A stretch of 64,000 nt of DNA from Armatimonadota bacterium (GCA_037444405.1 JBBIML010000006.1:32001-96000), one strand, 5' to 3'; shown: positions 18,373 to 28,185, counted from the first letter of the stretch. Translations and numbers: made by a program. The notes: generated by a model from the sequence alone, not told the origin.

Positions 18373-19473
18373 TCACGGCTGATTCAATAGCAGTTTCAGG
18401 TACTGCTGGGCGACGCGCTCCTCGTCAAACTGCATGAGCCATTCGTCGGGGGCGCGGGGCGCGTCGCCGTCCAGCACGCGCAGCATCGCCCGCGCCAGCG
18501 CGTCCACATCGCCCACAGGCACCAGATGCCCGTAGCGTCCGCCATCCAGAATCTCGGCGGGTCCGCTAAGGCAATCGGTGCTGACCACGGGGCAGCCGCA
18601 CGCCAGCGCCTGCACCAGCACATTCGGGAAGCCCTCGAAGCGGGATGACAGCACGAATAGCGCCGCCCGCCGCATATAGGCGAACGGGTTCTCCACGAAG
18701 CCCGGCAGGCTCACCGAATCGGCGACGCCCAGCTGCCGGGCGAGCGCTTCCAGCTGGGGGCGCAGGGGACCCTCGCCCAGCACCATCAGGCGCACCGTTC
18801 GCTGCGAGCGCACCTGCGCAAATGCCTTCAACAGCGTCTCGAAATCTTTCTGAGGGTCCAGTCGCCCGACGCTCAACACCACTGGGGGCTGATCGGGCGC
18901 GAACCATGGATGCTCGACGGGCTGCTCGCGCAGCTCCAGCACGCGCCGCGTGTAGGCGGGGTTGTAAATCAGCGCCAGTCGCCCGGCTGGCAGACGAGCG
19001 CGATTCTGTAAATCGTGCAGCACGCCCCGCGAGACCGCCACCACCCAATCGGCGTAGCGGTAGCCGTACCGCACAATCAGCGGCTCCAGCAGGCGGTCTT
19101 TGAGCAGGCTGGCTTCGCGCGTGCGACAGGAGGGCGTGTTCGCCTCACGCACAACCACCCTGCCCTCAAATCGCGCCAGTCGCGCCGCGAGAATGCTCAC
19201 CATGTTCGGATAGGGCAGGCTCGACAGGATGCCAGCGGGACGCTGCTGGCGAAGGTAGCGCGTCAGGGGCAGCAGGGCGAGCGCCATGCGCCGTGCGCCC
19301 AGATCGACCAGATTCACCTGCGGCGACAGCTCCTTCAGGTAGACCCCCTGACACTGCGCCAGAATGAAGTCCACCGCGTGCCCGCAGGCGGCGAACTGGT
19401 TGGCGAGCGTGACCAGCACACGCTCCGCGCCCCCACCCTTCAGATGGGACAGAAAGAGTGCGACCTTCGCCAT
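18373..19473 (-). CDS. Glycosyltransferase family 4 (GT-B)
   Basis: GGGAERV, VGRLDPQKDF, SSRFEGFPNVLVQALACGCPVVSTDC. Confidence 0.93.
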   Translation of the reverse strand: MAKVALFLSHLKGGGAERVLVTLANQFAACGHAVDFILAQCQGVYLKELSPQVNLVDLGARRMALALLPLTRYLRQQRPAGILSSLPYPNMVSILAARLARFEGRVVVREANTPSCRTREASLLKDRLLEPLIVRYGYRYADWVVAVSRGVLHDLQNRARLPAGRLALIYNPAYTRRVLELREQPVEHPWFAPDQPPVVLSVGRLDPQKDFETLLKAFAQVRSQRTVRLMVLGEGPLRPQLEALARQLGVADSVSLPGFVENPFAYMRRAALFVLSSRFEGFPNVLVQALACGCPVVSTDCLSGPAEILDGGRYGHLVPVGDVDALARAMLRVLDGDAPRAPDEWLMQFDEERVAQQYLKLLLNQP

Positions 19474-19491
19474 CCCTCTAAAGAGTACCTC

Positions 19492-22400
19492 TCAAAACAC
19501 CTGCTTGAGTTCCAGCACGAGGCGCGGCTGGTCGCGCCGAACGGTGCGGTCGGCGCGATGCTCGTAATGCGTCCACTGAATCCCCAGCATCAGGTAGCGG
19601 TCGGCGTCGATCTTATGCTCGGTGGAGAGGTAGAAGGTGTGGGCGGTGGTCTTGCGGTTGTTGAACAGCTCCGAATCGATTCGGTAGCCGACGGCATAGC
19701 TCACGCCGTCGGTCTGATTGCCCGTGAGGGTCAGCCCGCCGCGGCGGATGCGCCGACCCTGCTGTTCGTTCCACTCGATGCGGTAGTCGCCCCTGAGCGA
19801 GACGCGCGGCTTGAGCGTCCACTCCAGCGCCCACGCCGAGAAGCCCGTCGGCTGAAGAATCGACCCCAGCACCACATTCGGGTTGCCCTGTTCAGGATGG
19901 GTCTGAAAGTCGTGAACAAGGCTCAGTTTCTGGTGGAGCTTATATTCCAGATGATACTGGCGGATGAGGAACAGGCGTCCATCCTGATAGGTGCGCACTT
20001 TGTAGAGCAGGTTGTAGCGCAGGGCGCCCTTCGCGGGCGATTCGACCTGATAGTAGCGGTCGATGGCGCGTCCCTGCGCAGGCACATAGAGACCGACATA
20101 GCCGCCCTTGAGCGTGTGCCCGAACGCAGTCGCCTGCATGGTGAAGTTTTTGTTCTCCTGCTGCCACAGCCCACGGTCGGCTAATGCGCCGTAGCGGAAG
20201 TCGAACTGCAGCCCTTTGAAGAACAGCCAGTTGAAGGGGCGTGCGCTCTGAATAACGACCTGGCTCTGGGCTTTGGTCTGTGTGCGGTCGATGCGCCATT
20301 CCTGGTAGGTGCCGCCGACGGTCAGCACGCCCCATGCGGACTGGGTCAGCCCCACAGAGAGGGTTCGCGTGCCGTTGGCGCCCTCTTTTGCGGTGCGCGA
20401 TTCGGCGAAGGTGAGCGTAGTGCCAGGGCGCAGCTGGTACTCCAGTCCGAGCTGCTGTCCGCTCTCGTCGGGTGCGCCCTCGCGCTCGGCTTGCGCATGC
20501 GCGAAGGTGAGCTTCAGGCGCGGGTTAAGCGTGTAGCCCGCCTGATAGAGACGGAACCGCTCGCTGACGGCGCCCACCGCGCGCGTGCGGCGCTCCTCGA
20601 CCCCAAAGTTCAAACGCTTCAGCTCGCGGCTCTGGAACCGATAGTAGTCGGTGTATTGATAGAGTGGGTTCGCGAGCGTGCCGCCAATCTGTCGCCGCTC
20701 CTGATAGGCGTTCAGCGTGCCGAATCGGAGCGTGTACTGCAGGTCGTTGCGCTCATACTCGTCGTGATAGAGGTCGCTCACCTGTTGCTGGGAGCGGTAC
20801 TTCTCCTGCTGGCGTCCGAGCGTGAGGTTGCGCGCGGGCTGCCACACGACATACATCCGCTGGCGACGGTTGCCGATGCGCTCGGTGGGGTTCTCGGCGT
20901 TGAACAGCAGGGTCTCAATCTGCAGGGTGCGTCCGGGCTTCAGGCGCAGGTTCCAGTCATACTGCTCGAAGCCGCGCAGCTGGGCGAACAGGTCGCGTTC
21001 GTGGTCAGCTAAGTCGTGGGCGCGGGCGAAGTCGGCATCCACCTGACGGCGATTGTAGCTCAGCTCCAGTTGCGGATGGATGAGGCGATAGCTCTGGCGT
21101 TGCAGTCCTGCGCCGATGGCGCGGATCCGGGTGTGGGCGGTGGCAAGCCCCAGCCGCGGGGTGATGAGCGCGGCGTCCCAGTCGGAGCGGCGGATGCCCT
21201 GCTCATTGCGGAACAGCATTTGCTCAATCGGCGTCAGATCGCGCAGGCGAGCGAACTGGGGGGCGATCGTGCGCTCCGCAAGGCGCACCTGCAACGAGGG
21301 TGTCTTGAGCTGATACTGCACGCCCTTCACATTGCCCTCGCCGCCCCGATCGGCGATCTCGAAGCGCTTCACCTGCAGCTGCAGGTCTTTGTGGGGTTGC
21401 AGCTCGGCTTTCTGGAAGGTGCGCTCCAGCCCCGCCTCCTTCAGCGACTGCTGAACCTCTTCGGGTTTGAGCGGCTGGCTGTTCGCGGGGTCGTGGAACT
21501 GGCGCGTCTCCTGCGCCATCTGCTGAAGCTCATGTGGGGCGAGGCTCTGCAGGCGACCGAACTGCGGGTCGACCGCGCGATGGCTATGCTCGACGGTGAG
21601 AGTGTCGGTTTTGACCGCGACGCGCTGCCACTCCAGCGCGCCGGTGGGCGATTCGATGCGCATGTCGCTCGCCGTCGCGTTCAGCCCTTTCGGGGTCAGC
21701 TGGACAGAGGTCATCTCGCGTCGCAGCCCCACTTCGCGCGCCCAGTCGCCCTTCTCGCTGTCGCCGAGGTCGCCGAACCGCTTGAACTCCGGGCTGATGC
21801 GCTGCTCCAGCCGATTCAGCTTGAGCCAGGGCAGGTCGAGCGCGTAGCGGGCGCGTTCGATGCGCCCTGTGCCTTCGGTGAGGGTCAGTCGGGACAGGTT
21901 CAGCGTTCGGTTGGGCGCGAGCATCAGGCTGCCCTCCAGCGCCTCGCGCTGGATGCCGCGCTCGCGCTGCCAGTTCGGCGCCTCCGAATCCACAAGGTCT
22001 TTGTACCGCTGGAAGTTTGGCTCTGGCTCAATGCGCTGCCAGCTCAGGTTCAGCCGCTGGCTCTGGAACCTCAGCGCCTGCCGTTCGACGCTGCCGTTAT
22101 CATCCCGAATGTTGAGGCGGCTGAACTCGACGGTGTTGCCCTTGAAGAGTGATAGCCCGAGCGTGTAGTCGAGCCGTTTCAGCCCGCGCTGTTTCTCCCA
22201 GAGTTGTAGCAGGTTCGCGTCGAGTCCCGGCTGCGCACCGAGCATCTGCCGGGCGCTGAAGGTTTTGCCGACATCCTGATAGCTCGCCTGCAGGCGCAGG
22301 CTGCCCGCCTGCATCTGGAGCGTTTGAAAGATGAGCTGGCTGCGTTCGGTAGGGGCTGGAGTAGGCGTGGAGTCCATGCCGGCTTGCAGATTGCGGTTGT

Positions 22401-22989
22401 GCAGCTGCTGGCGGGCGCCGATGAAGAAGTAGCCGCTGAGCGTGGCAGCGGGACCGAAGCGCAGGGCGTTCTGCAAGCCGTACGCGCTGAGTCGGTATGA
22501 CGCGCCATCGGGAGCCGTTTCAGCGCGATCGGGCGTGAACAGCACGCTCAAACTGCCCTGCGCACCCAGCGAGAGCGTGAAGATGGGCAGGGCGCCAATC
22601 GAGCCTTCGCGCCGACCGTTCGGTTCATAGCGATAATACACCTGAATGGAGGAGAGGCGCCGCACAGGCTGGGCAAATACCAGATTGCCGCTGCTGTAAT
22701 CGATCCAGTAGTCCACCTCGCGCGTGAGGCGCTTGCCGTCCACATAGACGCTCTCGGAATCGGGGATGATGGGCGCATAGCGCAACAGGTACCCACCGCG
22801 CGTGCCGTTGCCAGGCAGTAAATCGGCGGCGGCTTGACCGGGGTTGGAGGGCTTCGATGCGGACACGGCGCGAGCCGCACCACCAGCGCCGTTGAGCGGT
22901 AGGGGCGCACCACCGTGCGTCCCCCCTTGCGCCCACACCAGCGGCACCGCTCCAATCAGAACAGCGCCAAGCCACCACCGTTTAGCCAA
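19492..22989 (-). CDS. Very large predicted outer-membrane beta-barrel protein of unknown function
   Basis: 1165 aa, signal peptide (TTG start, AAAGGAAG upstream), alternating amphipathic strands, C-terminal LELKQVF beta-signal-like end, internal repeats. Confidence 0.7.
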   Translation of the reverse strand: MAKRWWLGAVLIGAVPLVWAQGGTHGGAPLPLNGAGGAARAVSASKPSNPGQAAADLLPGNGTRGGYLLRYAPIIPDSESVYVDGKRLTREVDYWIDYSSGNLVFAQPVRRLSSIQVYYRYEPNGRREGSIGALPIFTLSLGAQGSLSVLFTPDRAETAPDGASYRLSAYGLQNALRFGPAATLSGYFFIGARQQLHNRNLQAGMDSTPTPAPTERSQLIFQTLQMQAGSLRLQASYQDVGKTFSARQMLGAQPGLDANLLQLWEKQRGLKRLDYTLGLSLFKGNTVEFSRLNIRDDNGSVERQALRFQSQRLNLSWQRIEPEPNFQRYKDLVDSEAPNWQRERGIQREALEGSLMLAPNRTLNLSRLTLTEGTGRIERARYALDLPWLKLNRLEQRISPEFKRFGDLGDSEKGDWAREVGLRREMTSVQLTPKGLNATASDMRIESPTGALEWQRVAVKTDTLTVEHSHRAVDPQFGRLQSLAPHELQQMAQETRQFHDPANSQPLKPEEVQQSLKEAGLERTFQKAELQPHKDLQLQVKRFEIADRGGEGNVKGVQYQLKTPSLQVRLAERTIAPQFARLRDLTPIEQMLFRNEQGIRRSDWDAALITPRLGLATAHTRIRAIGAGLQRQSYRLIHPQLELSYNRRQVDADFARAHDLADHERDLFAQLRGFEQYDWNLRLKPGRTLQIETLLFNAENPTERIGNRRQRMYVVWQPARNLTLGRQQEKYRSQQQVSDLYHDEYERNDLQYTLRFGTLNAYQERRQIGGTLANPLYQYTDYYRFQSRELKRLNFGVEERRTRAVGAVSERFRLYQAGYTLNPRLKLTFAHAQAEREGAPDESGQQLGLEYQLRPGTTLTFAESRTAKEGANGTRTLSVGLTQSAWGVLTVGGTYQEWRIDRTQTKAQSQVVIQSARPFNWLFFKGLQFDFRYGALADRGLWQQENKNFTMQATAFGHTLKGGYVGLYVPAQGRAIDRYYQVESPAKGALRYNLLYKVRTYQDGRLFLIRQYHLEYKLHQKLSLVHDFQTHPEQGNPNVVLGSILQPTGFSAWALEWTLKPRVSLRGDYRIEWNEQQGRRIRRGGLTLTGNQTDGVSYAVGYRIDSELFNNRKTTAHTFYLSTEHKIDADRYLMLGIQWTHYEHRADRTVRRDQPRLVLELKQVF

Positions 22990-23080
22990 TCGGCATCACT
23001 TCCTTTAGGTTTGTTTCATTCCTCACCCATCCATGGGGTGCTGGTGCAACCTGTCAAGGCGACTGCTTACACGAAAGGGA

Positions 23081-23103
23081 GTAGCAAGGGCGTCTCGCCC
23101 TTG
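23081..23103 (+). repeat. Family A REP-like palindrome
   Basis: GTAG CAAGGGCG TCT CGCCCTTG. Confidence 0.75.
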
Positions 23104-23119
23104 AACCTCACCAGGGCGA

Positions 23120-24043
23120 CTACTTAATATTCCACGAAAAGATGGGCACAAAGAAGCGCGAGTCGCGCTGTCGGCGAGATAGAGCCTGCTGACGCAGAAG
23201 ACGGTTCTCACGCTGCAGCTGGCGATTGAACTGTTCCGACCACTGGCTGAGCGCGCCGTGTGTGGCGCTGGCAGCTGGCTGAACGGCATGCGGGGTCTTC
23301 TCCGTGCCGGGTGTGGCGGGTTCAGCGGAACCTGCGGTGCCAGGCTCGCTGGACGCGGGCGTCTCCACGGGCAGGTCAGCAATTGCAGTGATGAGCGCGG
23401 GTGCGTTGCTACTAACGGGCGCGGCGTCCTGCGGGGTGGCGAGCGCGATGGGTTCGCCGTTAGCAGGCGGGTTCGATTGCGGGGCGGGCGCACGCGGGGC
23501 GGCGACCCAGCGCGGTGACGGCTCCTGCCAGCGCGGCGTCGACGCCGGCTGCACCACAATCACGATGGGTGTGTCCTTATCAGCGGGGCGACGCGCGACC
23601 TCCATGTGCGCGGGCGACTCCACTAAAGGCTCACTCGTTGCCTCTGCAGGGCGCGGCGATGCCGCCTCCCCAGAGGGCATTTCCCGCGACAAATGCGCGG
23701 CGGAAAACGGCTGCACAGGCATACGGGGCAGCGTCCACCATGCCAGCATCAGCCCGGCCGCGACTGCAGGCGCGAGCGACCACCAGCCCAGCCGCACACG
23801 CTGGAGCAGGCTCGGCTTGCGGGTGGTGCTGGCAAAGATGCGCGCCCGCAAATCGGGCGGCGGCAGCACGCGCGGCAGCCGACGAATCGTCTGACCCACC
23901 TCACGCCACAGCGCCACCGCCTGACGACACGCCTCACAACGCGATAGATGCGCCTCCACCGCGTTCTCGTCAAACGGGTTCAGCAGACCATCCACATACA
24001 AACTCAATCGCTCTTCCCACTCGGAACAGATTGGCTTCATCAT
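23120..24043 (-). CDS. Zinc-binding anti-sigma factor (zf-HC2) with TM helix
   Basis: CSEWEERLSLYVDGLL...VEAHLSRCEAC (HxxxCxxC), TM segment, Pro/Ala-rich extracytoplasmic tail; GGAGG RBS. Confidence 0.85.
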   Translation of the reverse strand: MMKPICSEWEERLSLYVDGLLNPFDENAVEAHLSRCEACRQAVALWREVGQTIRRLPRVLPPPDLRARIFASTTRKPSLLQRVRLGWWSLAPAVAAGLMLAWWTLPRMPVQPFSAAHLSREMPSGEAASPRPAEATSEPLVESPAHMEVARRPADKDTPIVIVVQPASTPRWQEPSPRWVAAPRAPAPQSNPPANGEPIALATPQDAAPVSSNAPALITAIADLPVETPASSEPGTAGSAEPATPGTEKTPHAVQPAASATHGALSQWSEQFNRQLQRENRLLRQQALSRRQRDSRFFVPIFSWNIK

Positions 24044-24101
24044 CGACGATCATCGCCTCCATCTTCATTAGACGGTAGAGCCGCGCCCATGTACCGCCAC
24101 G

Positions 24102-24926
24102 CTACAGTTCGATACGCATGCCGTCCCAGCCGATTTCGATCCCGTGCGGCTTTGCGCGCGCCTCCAGCTCCTCGTGCAGCGCGCCACCGTTATGGGAGAA
24201 GTGGGTCAGCACCACGCGCGAATCGGCTCGGAGCGTGCCCTGCTTGCGCAGCGCACTCACCATCTGGACGCACTTCTCAATATCGAGATGCCCGCTATAG
24301 TCGCTGGGCAGGAAGCCGAAACTGCACTCCAGAATCGCCAGGTCGAGCTCGACGCCCGTCAGGAAATCCCATGTTTCAGGTGGGTACCAGCCCGTATCGC
24401 AGGCGTAGAGCAGGCGCCGCCCGTTGCGCTCGATAACCAGATTCAGCACCTCCTCGTCGGGCACTTCCGTGAAGTGCGTGGCGCGGATGGGGGTGAGCGT
24501 GTAGTCGCCCAGCGAACAGGTTTCGAAGGCGCGAATGAGATTGCACTCCAGGCGCATCCCCGTGTAGCTGACGATGCCCTCCACCTTCGCTTTGACCGCC
24601 GCGTTGCCGAAGATTTTCAGGTTGCGAGCCGTTTCGGGCGGCGCGAAGCCCGGCAAAAGGTATTGCAACTCCTCACCCGCGCAGTGGTCATGGTGCGAAT
24701 GCGTGAAGACCAGCCATCGCCAGTCGGTCGGGTTCAGCCGCTCACGGTGGATGTGATAGAGCGTGTCGGGACAGAAGTCGATTTTGAGCGTGTTGTCGAT
24801 GAGCGCGCCTGAGCGCGAGCGGATGTTTTTGCCGCCGCGCTCGCGTGCCGTGTGGCACACCCTGCAGTCGCAGCCGAGCGCGGGTATCCCCTCCGCTGCC
24901 GCCGTGCCAAGTATCACTATCTCCAT
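24102..24926 (-). CDS. MBL-fold metallo-hydrolase, PhnP-like
   Basis: LGTAAAEGIP..CDCRVC, THSHHDH, YACDTG, GHLD, LTHFSH. Confidence 0.9.
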   Translation of the reverse strand: MEIVILGTAAAEGIPALGCDCRVCHTARERGGKNIRSRSGALIDNTLKIDFCPDTLYHIHRERLNPTDWRWLVFTHSHHDHCAGEELQYLLPGFAPPETARNLKIFGNAAVKAKVEGIVSYTGMRLECNLIRAFETCSLGDYTLTPIRATHFTEVPDEEVLNLVIERNGRRLLYACDTGWYPPETWDFLTGVELDLAILECSFGFLPSDYSGHLDIEKCVQMVSALRKQGTLRADSRVVLTHFSHNGGALHEELEARAKPHGIEIGWDGMRIEL

Positions 24927-24950
24927 CGCCTCTCCTCAAAACGCAGAATC

Positions 24951-24972
24951 GTAGTCTGGGCGTCCCGCCCAG
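24951..24972 (+). repeat. Family A REP-like palindrome
   Basis: GTAG T CTGGGCG TCC CGCCCAG. Confidence 0.7.
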
Positions 24973-24983
24973 CACCGCTGGTT

Positions 24984-26693
24984 TTAGAATACCTGAAGTG
25001 CATCGATGGCGAGCGCGCAACCGATGTAGCGTTCGGGGATGCTGGCGCGGTCGCCCAGCATCACCTCCACGGTCTGGCGGGCGCGCTGAAGATAGAGGTG
25101 GGCGTCGGCGTCGTCGCCAGGCAGCCCGCGCTGTTGAAGCGCGCGCGCGAACTCAACCTGCGCCAGCGCAACCAGCGCGTTATCGGCGGGCAACTCGCCA
25201 TCTTCCGAGACGCGCATCGGTATCAGCGTCCAGCTCGCCCAGCGCTTGCCCTCCGAAATATCATAATAACCGCCTGTCGGGTCGTGATAGCGGGCTTCGA
25301 TCAGCTTGAGCAGCTGGCGGGCGAACTGCAGGGCACGCTCGGAGCGCTGCGCCTGATACAATCGGCTCGCCGCGCGCGCCACCAGCGCCAGGTCGGGCAA
25401 CCAGTCAGAGACCTGACGGCGCGAGGAGTGATAGAGGTCGCCCTGAACGGTGCGCAACCCGCGCAGGGTCTCCAGCACGCGCGGAGCAATCGCTCGCGCC
25501 CAGCGCGCCAGCTCCGAATCGGGCGGCGCGACGCTCGAATAGTCCAGCAGGGCGATGACCGTTAGCGCGTTGCTGTCCGCATAGAGCGTGGCGTCGACTT
25601 CGGGGATGGGCAGCGATTGACCAACAGGTGAAGCGCGACGGGACGGCGCCACGCTGGCGCGGAAGCCCGGCGGACGCTCCTGATAGAGCTGACGGCGCAG
25701 GAAATCGAGCAGCCGATCCGCCGTCAGGCGCAAATCGGGCGCGAAGCGGCTGGCACGCGCGTACAGGCTCAACAGGCGCGCGTTCTCCATCAGGCGCTTG
25801 CCGCCCAGCGGCTGACCCTCCGCGTTCAGCCCCTCCAGCAGCGTGTGAAAGCCGCCCTGCTGCCCGTCCCAGAGCGCGCTCTGCTGGAGCGAGCGCAGAC
25901 GCTTTAGCAACATCGCGCGCGCACGCGGGTCGCCCGCCTCCGCCAGACTCAACAGCCACTCGGTCTGATTCAGCCAGTAGGGTTGCGGCTGGCTCCAGTC
26001 CGCTGGCTCGTTTTTCAGCAGGGTATCAAGCAGCTGGGCGTTCAACGCCTGTGCGGTGCGGGCATCGAGCGGCACGGGCGTCGCGGCGCGCACATAGCGG
26101 GCGAACAGCGCCTGCTCCAGCCGCTGCGCGGTTGCCTGCACCTCGTTCGGCGCGTTCCGATAGGCGAGGCTTACCTGCTCCAGCAAGCGTGTCAGTTCCG
26201 CGCGGGTCTCGGGCGTCGCCGCCGCGAACGGCTTGCCGTCGGGCGTGAAAAGCACCATCAGCGGCTGCCGATGGGGGAGATTGAGAACCTCGGCGACCAT
26301 GCGCAGCGTGCGGGCGCGTTTGGGCGAGGCGTCCGCGTCGAGCTTGACGGGCACAAACTCACGCTTCAGAATATCGGCAATGCCCGAATCCTGATACAGC
26401 TCCTGTCCCAATCGGGCGCACCGCCCGGACCAGAACGCGCCCATATCGACGGCGACGGGACGATTGAGCCGCGCCGCCTCCCTGAGCGTCGCCTCGCTCC
26501 ACGACCGCCACGCCACCAGCTGATACTGGCACGCACGCAGATAACCTTCGGTGGTCTGGCTGAGCGGGTTGGGATGCTGGCGTCGCTCCACCAGGCGCAG
26601 CCCGATGCCTAACCACGCCATCAGCACGATCAGCACCGACACACCGCTCAACACCACAAAGCGCGGCGCGTACCGCTCAATAATCGGCTCCAC
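24984..26693 (-). CDS. Membrane-anchored DUF255/YyaL-like protein (thioredoxin-like + alpha/alpha toroid), divergent
   Basis: NPLSQTTEGYL...VAWRSWSEATLREAARLNRPV, FVPVKLDAD, FTPDGKPF, LWDGQQGGFH, YHDPTGGYYD, DGELPADN; N-terminal TM helix. Confidence 0.75.
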   Translation of the reverse strand: MEPIIERYAPRFVVLSGVSVLIVLMAWLGIGLRLVERRQHPNPLSQTTEGYLRACQYQLVAWRSWSEATLREAARLNRPVAVDMGAFWSGRCARLGQELYQDSGIADILKREFVPVKLDADASPKRARTLRMVAEVLNLPHRQPLMVLFTPDGKPFAAATPETRAELTRLLEQVSLAYRNAPNEVQATAQRLEQALFARYVRAATPVPLDARTAQALNAQLLDTLLKNEPADWSQPQPYWLNQTEWLLSLAEAGDPRARAMLLKRLRSLQQSALWDGQQGGFHTLLEGLNAEGQPLGGKRLMENARLLSLYARASRFAPDLRLTADRLLDFLRRQLYQERPPGFRASVAPSRRASPVGQSLPIPEVDATLYADSNALTVIALLDYSSVAPPDSELARWARAIAPRVLETLRGLRTVQGDLYHSSRRQVSDWLPDLALVARAASRLYQAQRSERALQFARQLLKLIEARYHDPTGGYYDISEGKRWASWTLIPMRVSEDGELPADNALVALAQVEFARALQQRGLPGDDADAHLYLQRARQTVEVMLGDRASIPERYIGCALAIDALQVF

Positions 26694-26724
26694 CAGAGAG
26701 TATTATAGCACCCGCCCTACCCCC

Positions 26725-26754
26725 TTGAAAACAGCTAAGGTTCTGGGGCATAAT
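26725..26754 (+). promoter_or_regulatory. Sigma-70-type promoter
   Basis: TTGAAA-18 nt-CATAAT upstream of AAGGAGG and ATG 26786. Confidence 0.55.
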
Positions 26755-26785
26755 AGGAGTACCCTTGAAAAGGAGGTGCGATGCG

Positions 26786-28168
26786 ATGAAGCGTAAGGTG
26801 ATGTTCGGCACAGCGATTCTGTCGTTGATGCTGGCGAGCAAACTGCTTGCCAACGACCCGTTCGTGTACTTTGCAGGCAACCCTGCCAACTCCTGGTATA
26901 CTGTCGGTGGCACCTGCGACGCGCCGACACTAACAGCAAACTACCTCTACTTCATCTCCGGCGATGTAACCAGTGCTGGTCTCCCAGCGCGCTGGACAGC
27001 TCTGCCTTTCGAGCTGTGCCAGGCGACAACCTTCGACTCGATAGCCTACGCCCCTGCTTTCCACACGGGTGCGCCCAATCTGCGAGTGATTATCACCCCT
27101 GCTCGGATCGGCAGTGATGGACGCCCGGAACCCGACCTGAGCAATGCAATCTACGACCAGAACCTTGGACCGTCACCTGGTGATCCCCCAATACCTGGTG
27201 AAAAAGACGAGCCGATCCTGACCTATTATGGTGGCAGCGCCACCTTTCTTTATCTGCGCACAACCTCGTTAGGCACAACGCTGACCCTTAATCCGGGTCT
27301 CTACTTCGCGATTATTGTGGGCGACGAGGATTACACAACCTGCGGTCCTTTGGACAGCTATATCGCGCTGGGAATGGGTGCGCCAGGCGGACCGAAGCTC
27401 TACTACACGCCGCGCGGGACAGGTAGTAGCTGCACGGCTCCCACTGCCTGGCAACGATTCCGCTATAACCCGGCGACATTCCCCTGTGAGCGAATCCTGA
27501 ACACCGACCTTCCATGGCGCAATAGTGATCCCTTCGCTGGCACTCCTCCCTGGAATACGGGTCAGCACTGGAAGGATAATCACTCGCCCTACCTCTATCA
27601 CGGCGTGCTGGGATTCCGCTATTCAGGCGCTCAGGGCGGTAAAGTGGTTGGAACCGCTGTAACAGCCGATGCGCCCAGTCCATCCCCACCCACGAATGTG
27701 GAGGTTATCTTCTACAAGCCGGGTACCAAGCAGCGGGTCGCGCGGTTCAGTATGCCGACAGCTGATGGTCCCAACTACCCCATCGACACACCCATCGTGG
27801 CTGCCGGCACCTACGACATCGTGGTGCGCCCCATCTACTCGACGACCATCATTACAATTAACTGCCCTACCAACTTGTGCGTGACGAATGTGACCTTTGA
27901 TACGGAGACGCACTGGTTGGGCGTGCGCATCCCGAATGTGAATGTGAGTGGCACGGTCGATCTGGGTACCATCACCCTGCCCAATGGCGACACGAACAAC
28001 GACTTCATTATTGATGATGCTGACCTGCTCAATGTTCTGTTCGCCTTTGGTACGGACGATCCGTCCGCTGATTTGAACGGCGATAGAGTCGTCGACGATG
28101 CCGACCTGCTCATCGTCCTCTTCAACTTCGGCACGCAGGGTGAAGATGGCGATGAGACCTGTGGCTAA
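26786..28168 (+). CDS. Secreted protein with C-terminal dockerin-like duplicated Ca-binding motif
   Basis: Signal peptide MKRKVMFG...; C-terminal GDTNNDFIIDDADLLNVLFAFG / ADLNGDRVVDDADLLIVLFNFG; AAGGAGG RBS. Confidence 0.85.
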   Translation: MKRKVMFGTAILSLMLASKLLANDPFVYFAGNPANSWYTVGGTCDAPTLTANYLYFISGDVTSAGLPARWTALPFELCQATTFDSIAYAPAFHTGAPNLRVIITPARIGSDGRPEPDLSNAIYDQNLGPSPGDPPIPGEKDEPILTYYGGSATFLYLRTTSLGTTLTLNPGLYFAIIVGDEDYTTCGPLDSYIALGMGAPGGPKLYYTPRGTGSSCTAPTAWQRFRYNPATFPCERILNTDLPWRNSDPFAGTPPWNTGQHWKDNHSPYLYHGVLGFRYSGAQGGKVVGTAVTADAPSPSPPTNVEVIFYKPGTKQRVARFSMPTADGPNYPIDTPIVAAGTYDIVVRPIYSTTIITINCPTNLCVTNVTFDTETHWLGVRIPNVNVSGTVDLGTITLPNGDTNNDFIIDDADLLNVLFAFGTDDPSADLNGDRVVDDADLLIVLFNFGTQGEDGDETCG

Positions 28169-28185
28169 TCCCTGATCGGCTGTCG

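Noticed and set aside
26718..26772. Direct repeat ACCC(CC)TTGAAAA as an operator
   Set aside because: Explained by a -35 box and the sequence leading into the RBS; only two imperfect copies
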